DNA of 64,000 nucleotides from Utricularia gibba (lineage: Eukaryota > Plantae > Magnoliophyta). Numbering within the stretch: position 1 is the first letter of the stretch; each line of letters starts with the position of its first letter. The stretch spans positions 2,542,001 to 2,606,000 of the forward strand of contig NEEC01000011.1 in NCBI GenBank assembly GCA_002189035.1. Reading direction: 5' to 3'. Below, piece after piece: positions 24,576-34,306 of the stretch. The notes beneath the pieces are model-generated. The model worked only from the letters and a program-made list of their open reading frames with translations. It made no database searches and had not been told where the DNA came from. The translations under genes and the position numbers were made by a program.

Positions 24576-25067
24576 ATGATGTTTGGTGATCGGAATGCCA
24601 GAGCAGGAGGATCAACTTCAACTGGGAAAACAGTTGCAAGTCCTCAGGGTGAAATTAGAAAACTTGAAGGCAGACTGAGGGCTCTTGAAGAAGAAGACTT
24701 GATCTTGAAGGCAACCCTCTTCGAGAATGTAAATGAAATCACAAACTTGGCTGAGGAGACATTGCACCGTTTTAGAACCATAAATCTCTGCCTGGTGGAA
24801 CGAAAAATCGAAAAAGCTTATGGTGGCTCTCCAGCTTGTAAAGTGAGTGTGTGTGATCTATTATAGTTCATGGATCTCAAGTTCTTTGTTTTCATATATT
24901 GTACCTGAAAACTACTGTTCTAGGTGAAACAGAGCATGAATCCTGGTCTTCCAGAACTCCTGTGGCAAGAAACAAACCCATCTATTGTCAACAAAGGCCT
25001 AAACATTGCAGCATTAAGGAAAAGGGCATGGAAGGTTAGATCCAACCATTGTTTACAAAGGAGATGA
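24576..25067 (+). CDS. Uncharacterised 136-aa coiled-coil protein; exons 24576-24842, 24924-25067
   Basis: Open frame with phase-0 donor AAA/GTGAGT and acceptor TTCTAG/GTG. Heptad-like EIRKLEGRLRALEEEDLILK. No family could be assigned with confidence. Confidence 0.55.
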
Positions 25068-25226
25068 TCAGATGAAGGGGCAGGGATGATCAGATCCATC
25101 CTGGGTCAAGGGCCTGAACAATCACACAGTGCCCATTATGGTGCTTTTAAAGAGGCATTCGTGTTGAATGCACAAGTTTCTTTCTTTCTTTCTTTTTTTT
25201 TTTTTTGAGATAGAACATTGATTTGA

Positions 25227-25424
25227 CTTGAAACCCATCAAAGTCAAAAGAAATCTCCTCAAAAAACGACATTGCCAACTGAATATTGATGGGATATTGA
25301 ATGTCATTTATGGGTGGATCAGTTTTCAGTTAATGAACACAAGTACCAGAAGTACCATCAATATCAGTTTTCACTTAAAACCCATCAAATTCAAAAGAAA
25401 TCTCCACAAAAACGACATTGCCAA
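25227..25424. repeat. About 50-bp direct repeat (25227-25278 and 25374-25424)
   Basis: aaacccatcaaa.tcaaaagaaatctcc.caaaaa..gacattgccaa occurs twice; acaagtaccagaagt also recurs nearby. Confidence 0.85.
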
Positions 25425-25604
25425 TATGTTTTCGGTTAGCCATATCTATAGGTTACACAAGTACCAGAAGTTCTGCATGTTCGGATGAGAGAGCCGGAGG
25501 TATCCGACATCAGATCCACCTAATCACATTCTGAAGCCGGAGCTACCACTAGTCGCGACGAGAGCATAAAGAAATTTAACTTGAAACAACGTGGCTGAGA
25601 TTTG

Positions 25605-25826
25605 CGTCTTCCAGCTTTCCAGATGCCCTTCAGGTAATTCCAGAAATCAGGATGCGAATTCCACACCGCCTCGTACCTAAAGCCACGTGGGAGCGAGTCC
25701 AAGATCCAGAATTGAGATGCAACTAGCATAACGAGTGCATGATCAGAGTCCAAGATCGTGAATGCCTCTCACGGCATTCACGGAATACACGGAGCACCCA
25801 TTATCCGACAGAAGCGCCCGACCCAC
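25605..25826 (-). mobile_element. Degenerate LINE (L1-type non-LTR retrotransposon) ORF2 fragment, end of endonuclease domain plus linker
   Basis: VGRALLSDNG.. then, after a frameshift, LDSDHALV..PRGFRYEAVWNSHPDFWNYLKGIW. This resembles the plant L1 pattern LDRAL..W..SDH.P..FRFE..W..HP.F..V..W. Confidence 0.7.
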
Positions 25827-26521
25827 CGTTTTTTGCCTCTTCTTTTTCCGATAAACAAGCGTGCAACGATTCAGGGGTCACAGACAAAAATCTGCCATCG
25901 CAATTTCTCAATTCAAGGGTTTCAACTCCAATTTGGGGGAAACCAAACTTCTAAACGGATTCGGGTCACCCGACTTGGAATGAATTCCGAAATGGGCCTA
26001 CAGTTCATTAAGAAAAAAAGAGGCCCAATCAGTTAACAGTGCCCTTGGGATAACCCCTTTGGCACTTAAAGGTGTTTTGTTTTGTAGTGGATTTCAGCTC
26101 ATCAATGATTCATCATCCATCCCAGGGGCAATTCCGTTGACCTCTGAATTGAAGGTATTTTCTAGGGTCTCGTGTTAAGCGATTTGATGCAGTAGGTAGA
26201 TCCTTAAGCTATTTCGGAACCCTTCTTTTGTCTTTTTTCAAGTTTTCCCAGGAATGTGTTGTCGGCTTTTTGTACGGATCATGTAGTATGCAGTGCAGTA
26301 TTGCCGTTTTCCGCTGATCGGTGGTGCAATTGTTAGTTAGTGATCGGAAAAATTGATAGAAGTCTGGGTTTTGCCTAATTTTTGGGGTGCGTTGGTCGAT
26401 GATGAGTCTCTTATCGCACAAGCTTTTTCTTTTTTCTCTGTTTTCCTCGGGTTTTGATTGCTATGTATGTGGTGGAAGCTCATGTTGAGGGATTTTTATG
26501 CAGTTGAAGGTTCTTTAGGAG

Positions 26522-28170
26522 ATGGCAGACCTCAAAGAGCGGCTGCTGCCACAGAGGACTGCATCGGCCACAAATTTCAGAGACGTTTCATACAGGGGCT
26601 CTGCCTCCAGGATCCCATTTCAGGGAGTTGATGTTTCAGGGCTGAAAAAAAGAGGGCAAGGCCTTCGATCATGGATACGCGTTGATGTGTCTGGGAATTC
26701 ACAGGTTATTGAGGTTGACAAGTTCACGATGATGCGCCGATGTGATCTCCCTGCCCGTGACCTCAGACTGCTGGATCCACTGTTTGTGTACCCATCAACA
26801 ATTCTTGGCAGAGAGAAGGCGATTGTGGTGAATCTTGAGCAGATTCGATGCATAATCACAGCTGATGAGGTTTTGCTTTTGAACTCCCTGGATAGCTATG
26901 TACTGCAGTACGTGGTGGAGCTGCAGAGGCGGCTGCAAGTTGCCGGGGCAGGTGAAGTTTGGCAGTATGAGGGTTCTGAATCTGGTAGGAGAAGGGGAAT
27001 GAGAAACCTCGACAACATGTTTAACAACCTCTCTCCAGACTACTTGCCTTTCGAGTTCAGAGCTCTTGAAGTTGCCTTGGAGGCTGCATGTACTTGTTTG
27101 GATTCTCAGGTTCTGCTTATTAATGCTTTCTGCTTCATTCTTTTCATCATGCACAGGTAACATTGTTCAGAAATGACAGAATGAATTTTCAGGCTGCGGA
27201 ATTGGAGATCGAGGCATACCCTTTGTTGGATGAACTCACATCAAAGATCAGCACGCTGAATTTGGAAAGAGTGCGTAGATTGAAAAGCAGGCTTGTTGCG
27301 CTGACTCGAAGGGTTCAGAAGGTGCGCAGAAAGATGTCTTTTTTTCTTCTTCTTTCATTTCTGGATTCCATGTTCTAAAACTGCTTCTGCTATCTATTCT
27401 AGGTCAGGGATGAGATAGAGCAGCTGATGGATGATGATGGAGACATGGCTGAAATGTATCTTACAGAGAAGAAAAGACAAGGGGAATCATTTTTCTGTGA
27501 TCAATCTTTGACCGGACATCGATCTAATGACGGAGGAATGTGCTTCTCTGCCCCTGTTTCTCCTGCTACATCACCACCTACCGAGAGCAGAAGGCTTGAG
27601 AAGTGTCTGAGTTTAGCTAGGAGCAGACATGAGAGTGTGAGAAGCTCGGAGAGTGCAGCGTACAATATTGAAGAGTTAGAAATGCTCCTGGAGGCCTATT
27701 TCGTTGTCATTGATAGTACCCTCAACAAGCTCACATCGGTATGCCACCTCCATCTTTCCTTTCAGTAGTATCTCCATTTACTCCATACCAGCAACGTGCA
27801 CCCTAATGCATTATTTCTTTCAGCTGAAGGAGTACATTGATGACACAGAAGATTTCATCAACATTCAGCTGGTAAGAATTGAATTTCCCAACTCCAGCTT
27901 CCAAAAAACACACCCCCACATATCTCATTCTTTATGCAGGACAATGTCCGCAACCAACTGATCCAATTCGAGCTCGTACTGACAACAGCAACATTCGTGG
28001 TGGCCATATTCGGCGTGGTGGCCGGTATCTTTGGTATGAATTTCACAATACCGATGTTCGATTACCCTGATGCATTCAAATGGGTTCTCATCATAACCGG
28101 AGTTTGCGGGTTAGTCATTTTTTTCGCATTCTTGTGGTACTTCAAGCACAGACGCCTCATGCCCCTGTAA
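26522..28170 (+). CDS. MRS2-1: MRS2/MGT (CorA-type) magnesium transporter, MRS2-1/MGT2-like; exons 26522-27109, 27193-27321, 27403-27738, 27824-27871, 27940-28170
   Basis: [83 protein letters not shown] (GMN motif). Confidence 0.95.
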
Positions 28171-28747
28171 ACCAAAGATCCTCCACATGCCTGCTCATTT
28201 AGAGGCCTGTGATTCCATCCTGTGGACTCAACAAACAGTGCTGCAGATAGGTATACTGTAATGAAAATTGATTCCACAGTGTGTTGCCAAGAGAAAGGTT
28301 CCCATCACTCTTCTTCCATTACATTTCAAAACTACCTTCCAACTTGGCTATGGAATCAAGTGGCAGGGGCCCCAGAGAGGACCAAATGGTCTACAATTCA
28401 CCAGCAGCAATAAAATATCTTGATGGTGAAATATTTTGTGAACCAAATTCAACCTAGTGATCAGAGAAAAGAACCCAGCTGCAGGGTCTATCCAAACTTG
28501 GATTTTTTTTGCACCCCAGAAAAGAACACCATTGTTGTAACGGTTACTTGTGCATTAAATTTTTTCCATGCAGTTGTGAATCATCATCATCAACATTTAC
28601 AGGATTCGACTGGCACAGAAACATATGAAAAAATAAACCAAAAAGATCCCTGAAAGATGGGTTCCGGTGTGAAGTAGCGAGAACTCATCCATGAAGGGAT
28701 GGGGATTTATCTGTACACTCTTACGGAGATGAGAGTATTTTGCCAGC

Positions 28748-29362
28748 CTACAAATCTTCGGCTTTGGACATGACTGAGAGGCGGCTTGGGCGGGGCTGGA
28801 AATCGGAGCGGCGGCGGAGACTATGTGACGACGGTCTGATCGGAGCGGCCAGCGCTCTCTTGAGTAAATCTCCCTCCACGGTTCCGATGCGAACCAGAGA
28901 ATTCGTCATCGCGGACCGCCGCATGTGCAGTTGATAACTGGAGCGGTACGGTCGGCCTTGGTTGTACCCAGGAAGCATGCTGTTCTTGTGGAGACTGCAT
29001 CGGAAGGACCCTGGGTGCGTCGTCGGCGAACACATGCACGTCTTCTTGGCGCCGGTATTGAGCGGCCGGTGACTCGATTGCTGGTGGTGGTGTGAAGAGA
29101 TTGGGCTCCGTCGAGACGCCGAGAACCTCACCGAAGAAGACGGCGAAACGGACCTACCGAGGCTCACACGTGTAGGACTGGTAGCGCGTGAGAGCAACGC
29201 GTCGTGCACCGATTCGGATCTGGCGGTGTGGTAGAATGCACCGGAAGACGATGACATGGATGAGGAACAGAACCGGCCGGAAGGAGACAGCGAGCGTGGA
29301 AAGGCGCCTCCGTATAACGGGGCGCCGGCGTGATTAGATCTGCTTCTCATGGAAGTGTCCAT
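28748..29362 (-). CDS. Serine-rich uncharacterised plant protein (intronless)
   Basis: Family motifs KKTCMCSPTTHPGSFRCSLHK, MRRSAMTNSLVRIGTVEG and RPSRLSVMSKA. First ATG at 29362 (the ORF track starts at a TTG). Confidence 0.88.
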   Translation of the reverse strand: MDTSMRSRSNHAGAPLYGGAFPRSLSPSGRFCSSSMSSSSGAFYHTARSESVHDALLSRATSPTRVSLGRSVSPSSSVRFSASRRSPISSHHHQQSSHRPLNTGAKKTCMCSPTTHPGSFRCSLHKNSMLPGYNQGRPYRSSYQLHMRRSAMTNSLVRIGTVEGDLLKRALAAPIRPSSHSLRRRSDFQPRPSRLSVMSKAEDL

Positions 29363-29761
29363 TCCCGATACCGGAAACCGTGGAATCAGCGAAAACGACA
29401 ACAGCTTTGAATCCCAAACTTGAAAAACCTAATTCCTTCCGAGGCACCCATTTTATAGGTGGAGAAGAGTGAATGGCAGTTTCGAGAATCGTCGGAAACC
29501 AAAGGGCATATTAGTAGTCTCTATACCACCTCCCGTTTGCTGTGGATATCAAATATGTGGGTGGGTTCACCATATACGGGCAAAGCAGTTGGTTAACATA
29601 CACGCTCTCGCCGCACGCGTGTGATACACGCATGCGGTTAAAGAACCGTATTTATCAGTTGGAAACGAGATAAACTTCAGACATACAAAAATCAAAAAGC
29701 CACATCCAGGTAGCCGCGTGGCGTATACGTGCGGTGGGGAAGTTGGCTCCTCATCTGATGC

Positions 29762-29773
29762 TGACACGTGTCA
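29762..29773. promoter_or_regulatory. Perfect palindromic G-box TGACACGTGTCA in the divergent promoter between the serine-rich gene and the PPR gene
   Basis: 12-bp palindrome with CACGTG core (bZIP/bHLH-type site); other ACGT/ACGCGT cores lie nearby. Function not shown. Confidence 0.5.
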
Positions 29774-30070
29774 TGGTCGATTCCGTTGCCTTCCATCCCT
29801 ACATATAATAATCAAAGTAGTGAATTCTCTATTTTCTCCCTAACTGTAAAAAATAAATTAGAATTTTATCTAATAATAATGTTTAATTTATCATTAAAAA
29901 ATAGAGATATAAAGAATATGGCAATAGGAGGTCTCTCGAAGAAGGGCCGGCGACTGGATTCCGGCGTACGGCCAGGGCGGATTGATCCTTTCTTCTCCTC
30001 CTCTGTTTGTATTCGTGTTTTATGTATCCAATTCTCTCGTTGGTTTTAAAAGGGGGAAAGGAGGAAGCCA

Positions 30071-31549
30071 ATGCCGCCTTTCCTCTCCGCTAGGTGTCAA
30101 ACCTTTCGTTACTGTTCGTCCCTTCTACGCCGCTTTGAAGCTTCTTACCACACTTGTCACGATGCCTCTCCCCGTTTTACGCCAAATCCCAGTTTACATC
30201 CCAACGGAAAACGTCGAAGTTCGGATCTTTTTCGCGATACGGCTCCGACTGAATCCAGGAAGTCCAATTTCGAACCCTCTACAGTCCTTGAAACCCTAAA
30301 TTGCTACGCCAATGATTGGAAGCGTGCCTTGGAGTTCTTTAACTGGGCCGAATCACAGATTGGATGCTTGCATAACACGGAAACTTACAATCGAATGATC
30401 GACATTCTCGGTAAGTTCTTTGAGTTTGATGTTGCTTGGAGTTTGATTGGGAGAATGGGAAAAGACCCATGTTCTGTACCGAATCACACGACTTTTAGAG
30501 CACTATTTAAGCGATATGTTTCGGCGCACCTGGTGAATGAAGCTATTGATGTGTTTGGTAGACTGGATAAGTACAATTTGAAGGATGAAGCTTCATTTTC
30601 GATCTTCATTGATGCTCTGTGCGAGTACGGGCATGTGACGGAAGCTGAAGAGATCTGCTTCCAGAAAAGCAGGGGAAGTGAGTACAATGATGTATTTGCT
30701 GGCTTCAATGTCGAGACAACAAAGATTTACAACATGATCATGCGTGGTTGGCTGAAAACAGGGTGGTGGACCAAGTGCAGACACTACTGGCATGAGATGG
30801 ATGAGCGGGGTGTGAAAAAAGATCTGTATTCCTACACAATTTTCATGGATGTTCAATGTAAATGTGGCAAGCCATGGAAGGCAGTGAGCTTGTACAAGGA
30901 GATGAAGAAGAAGGGGATTCAGCTTGATGTTGTGGCTTATAATACTGTGATTCGTGCTGTTGGAAAGTCAGAGGGAGTGGACATGGCTGTGAGAGTCTAC
31001 AGGGATATGATCGAGCAAGGGTGTAACCCGAGTGTCGTAACATTTAATACAATTCTGAAGCTGTTATCTGAGAATGGGAGATACAAAGAAGCATACAAAA
31101 TGCTAGGTATGATGACTAGGAAGGGGTGTGAACCAAATGTGATGACATATACCTGCTTCTTTGCTTGTCTGGAGAAGCCTGATGAGATCTTGAAGCTTTT
31201 TGATCAAATGATCGAGAGGGGTATTCGACCACGAATCGACACGTATGTGATGCTGATGAAGAAGTTTGGAAGATGGGGGTTTCTCAGACCAGTTGTTGTT
31301 GTCTGGAAAAAAATGGAAGAGATGGGTGAGAGCCCCGATGAATTTGCTTATAATGCTTTGATTGATGCTTTGATACAGAAGGGACTGGTTGATATGGCAC
31401 GAAAATATGACCAAGAGATGTACAGTAAAGGACTTTCAGCCAAACGCAGAGCTCATTTGTGGGAAAATGTAGATGGCGACCCATTCATCACAGGTGATGA
31501 TATGACTTGCAACGATCAAGGCTTCAAAACATTGGAACAGTTGCTATGA
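30071..31549 (+). CDS. P-class PPR protein (At1g80550-like, probably mitochondrial), intronless, 492 aa
   Basis: Tandem 35-aa repeats (TYNRMIDILGK, SYTIFMDVQCKCGK, AYNTVIRAVGK, TFNTILKLL); DWKRALEFFNW N-terminal motif. Confidence 0.93.
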   Translation: MPPFLSARCQTFRYCSSLLRRFEASYHTCHDASPRFTPNPSLHPNGKRRSSDLFRDTAPTESRKSNFEPSTVLETLNCYANDWKRALEFFNWAESQIGCLHNTETYNRMIDILGKFFEFDVAWSLIGRMGKDPCSVPNHTTFRALFKRYVSAHLVNEAIDVFGRLDKYNLKDEASFSIFIDALCEYGHVTEAEEICFQKSRGSEYNDVFAGFNVETTKIYNMIMRGWLKTGWWTKCRHYWHEMDERGVKKDLYSYTIFMDVQCKCGKPWKAVSLYKEMKKKGIQLDVVAYNTVIRAVGKSEGVDMAVRVYRDMIEQGCNPSVVTFNTILKLLSENGRYKEAYKMLGMMTRKGCEPNVMTYTCFFACLEKPDEILKLFDQMIERGIRPRIDTYVMLMKKFGRWGFLRPVVVVWKKMEEMGESPDEFAYNALIDALIQKGLVDMARKYDQEMYSKGLSAKRRAHLWENVDGDPFITGDDMTCNDQGFKTLEQLL

Positions 31550-31745
31550 CAAACTTTACAAACAGCCATGAGCTGTGCAAACGAGCAAGATCGAAGTTCT
31601 TGTAACCACCATGGAATGCTTATGTCTTGTGTACAGAAGAAGAAGAAGAAATGGACAGGTAAGTTTGTAGATGATTACTTGAAGGTAAATTCAGAAAGAA
31701 AGAAGAACAGAGCTAGTCTCACTGCAAATCTACAACACAAGCTAG

Positions 31746-32926
31746 TTAACCATGAAGCCTATCCGGCAAATCATCCTTCATCAAGTCGGATTCCTTGTTC
31801 GAATTGAAACCAAAAGAAATCGATCCCTTTAAGTTTGGGGTTGTGCTGATTCCATGATCAAATTCCATGGCAGGGGAGTGGCCAAACACAAGATTGTTCC
31901 CCACTGCCGGGGATGCCAAACTGTCGAGCAGATTGCTATGACTGAGTTCATCCAGCAACTCAGGAAACCAGTGATCACCGTTTCCTCCAGCCATGAAGCT
32001 GAAGTCACCATTGGAATCAAAATCCGAAGAATACAATCCCGAGCCGCTGCCCTGAGCCCGTTCAATACCAAAATCAACACCGGTTTCCACTGAGCTGCAA
32101 TTATGTTTGGAGAAGCTGGACGTCAAGTTCTGCATTTCAAGGCTCATGGGTGTGGCTTGGCTGGTATGCAAGTTCATGGTGTGCCAGGCTTGAAGGACAT
32201 CCATGCATCTAAACGATGGCGGGTCCGCTAGCATTCCCCTGGTGTTGGAGTTCCACTGAGAGTGGAGCATTGAAGAGATTTTCGAACCCGAGATGAGGCG
32301 GGACTCTGTCTGTATCCGAACAATCTCCCATTGAGTAATGTGATTCACCCTCGCTGTTTGCCTCCACCCAAACTTCTCAATGGCCTCCTCCTCCTTCGGT
32401 CTGTGTGTGACGGGATCGATCCCCATTCGCAATAACCGCTTCTTCAACCTTGAGTTCCAATAGTTCTTTATCTCATTGTCCGTCCTCCTCGGCAGATTCG
32501 CAGCTATCATCGACCACCTGCATGGCATCAACGGTTTTTCCGATGGTTCGTTCAAGGAGCAGGCGCATTGTGTAGCAAGTCCATCAAACGTACCTATTCC
32601 CGAAGAGGGCGTGGAGGCGAAGTATTTCCTTCTCCTCCTCCGGAGTAAAGTCGCCTCTTTTAACCTCAGGCCTCAGGTAATTCATCCACCGCAATCTGCA
32701 ACTCTTTTTGCACCGCCGGAGCCCTGCAAAGCATTCCACATGATGGTTAACGTGGGATGCATACTTTTCAGCAAGGACGGCAAACGAAACGAGAAGATGA
32801 CCAACCGGACTTAGCGGCAACCTCGCGCCAGTTTCCACAGCCGTGGGCGCGGATGTACGCGACGAGCTTCCGGTCTTCCTTCTTCGTCCATAACCCTCTC
32901 TTGATGACGACACCCTTCTCCTCCAT
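31746..32926 (-). CDS. R2R3-MYB transcription factor, divergent subgroup 9 (MIXTA/MYB16/17/106-like); exons 32926-32806, 32723-32594, 32517-31746
   Basis: [65 protein letters not shown]. Canonical 130-nt second exon; degenerate subgroup 9 motif [16 protein letters not shown]. Confidence 0.9.
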
Positions 32927-34306
32927 AGAACCACAAGCAGCACTGAAAAAACACTGCTTTACGTGGGTAGATGCATATATATATACATGCGATATGCTTG
33001 TACCACTGAAGCACTGCTTGTCCTTTCCTCCCTTGGAAACCCTCCAAGTGATACGCCTATCATGTTAGAGTTGCAGCCTGCGGAAACGGTCGACATATTA
33101 ATGCTGAACTTCCACATTTTCACCTACCAGGGAATATTATTCATCAGTGTCTATCGCTTGCTGTTCTGTCGTCCCTCTTGTTCACAGTCCTCTTATCGAG
33201 AGATGCTGATAGTGCATTGACAAGTGCTCGTTTCCGCATCTCCCTCATGCACATTGACATCGGGGATTGGCGGAGAGCCCGCCCACATGGAGTTACAGTA
33301 ATTTGCAACAGGGGAAATATACTTCTTAATGGATTTGGAACATCATCATTATTGGGCAGGTTCCATGATGCTGCTGCAGGCGACCAGTACCTCCACCGAA
33401 ATAGGATTACGATGATTATTCCAACTCTTGTACCTAAAAATGTTTTCTTGCAACGTAGGATGGTCCTCGTACTTGAGGCTAGTCCTGTCCTAGCCACCGA
33501 TGCTACGCATCGAGTTGTGGGAAGTTGCGGATGAACCACAGCAACAACAAAGATAGGAGATCTAGCAATCCCACTTGTGGGTGATTCGGTTTTCATCGGG
33601 AAATGTTTTGGAAATTGAAGCGGAACGGAAAATGGATTGGTGAATCGATGTAAATTTTTAAATGGAGGTGGAGAAGAAGAACTGAACTCGATCATTGATG
33701 AGATATCAATTTTATATGGATTCGTTGGTATTGGATCAAAAAGCATAATTTAAAGGGAAGAGGCTCCGGTAATGGCGAGTATGGAATTTGTGGTTGAAAC
33801 CCATGGGAGGACACAGCATGTCGAGAAGGCAACTCAAGTTCAAATCGTTTTGATCGCGGTCATTCATGAAGGTGAAACTTCATAGCCCATGGTTTCTAAG
33901 ATGACGAGCTGTAGTCACCCCGTTGTTACCATTTTTAAGATGCACCTGGACCTTGAGAGAGGGGTGGGAGGAGAGAAAGGAGCCTTCTCTTTAATGGCTG
34001 CCACATGATTTTGATGCATTTGCCCGCCTGTCTCCTTCTTACGGCTGTCGATAAAGGGAGTGGTTTTTGTTGCTTTTCTCTGACCCCTGCGTCAGCCTCG
34101 TCTCGAGACAGCAGACTCAAGAGAACAGTTTACTGCAGAAACAACTACATTCGTCGACGCAACCAGAGGAACAGCGCGCATTTCAGTTACCCCCATCTTA
34201 AAACCACCTTTTTCGAATTTGAATTTCAGACAGGAGAAGAACAAGAGCTCCTTGTGCGAAAACCAGTTCCCTTTCTGCCTCAGGATTTTGTTTTTTTCTG
34301 GAGCGA

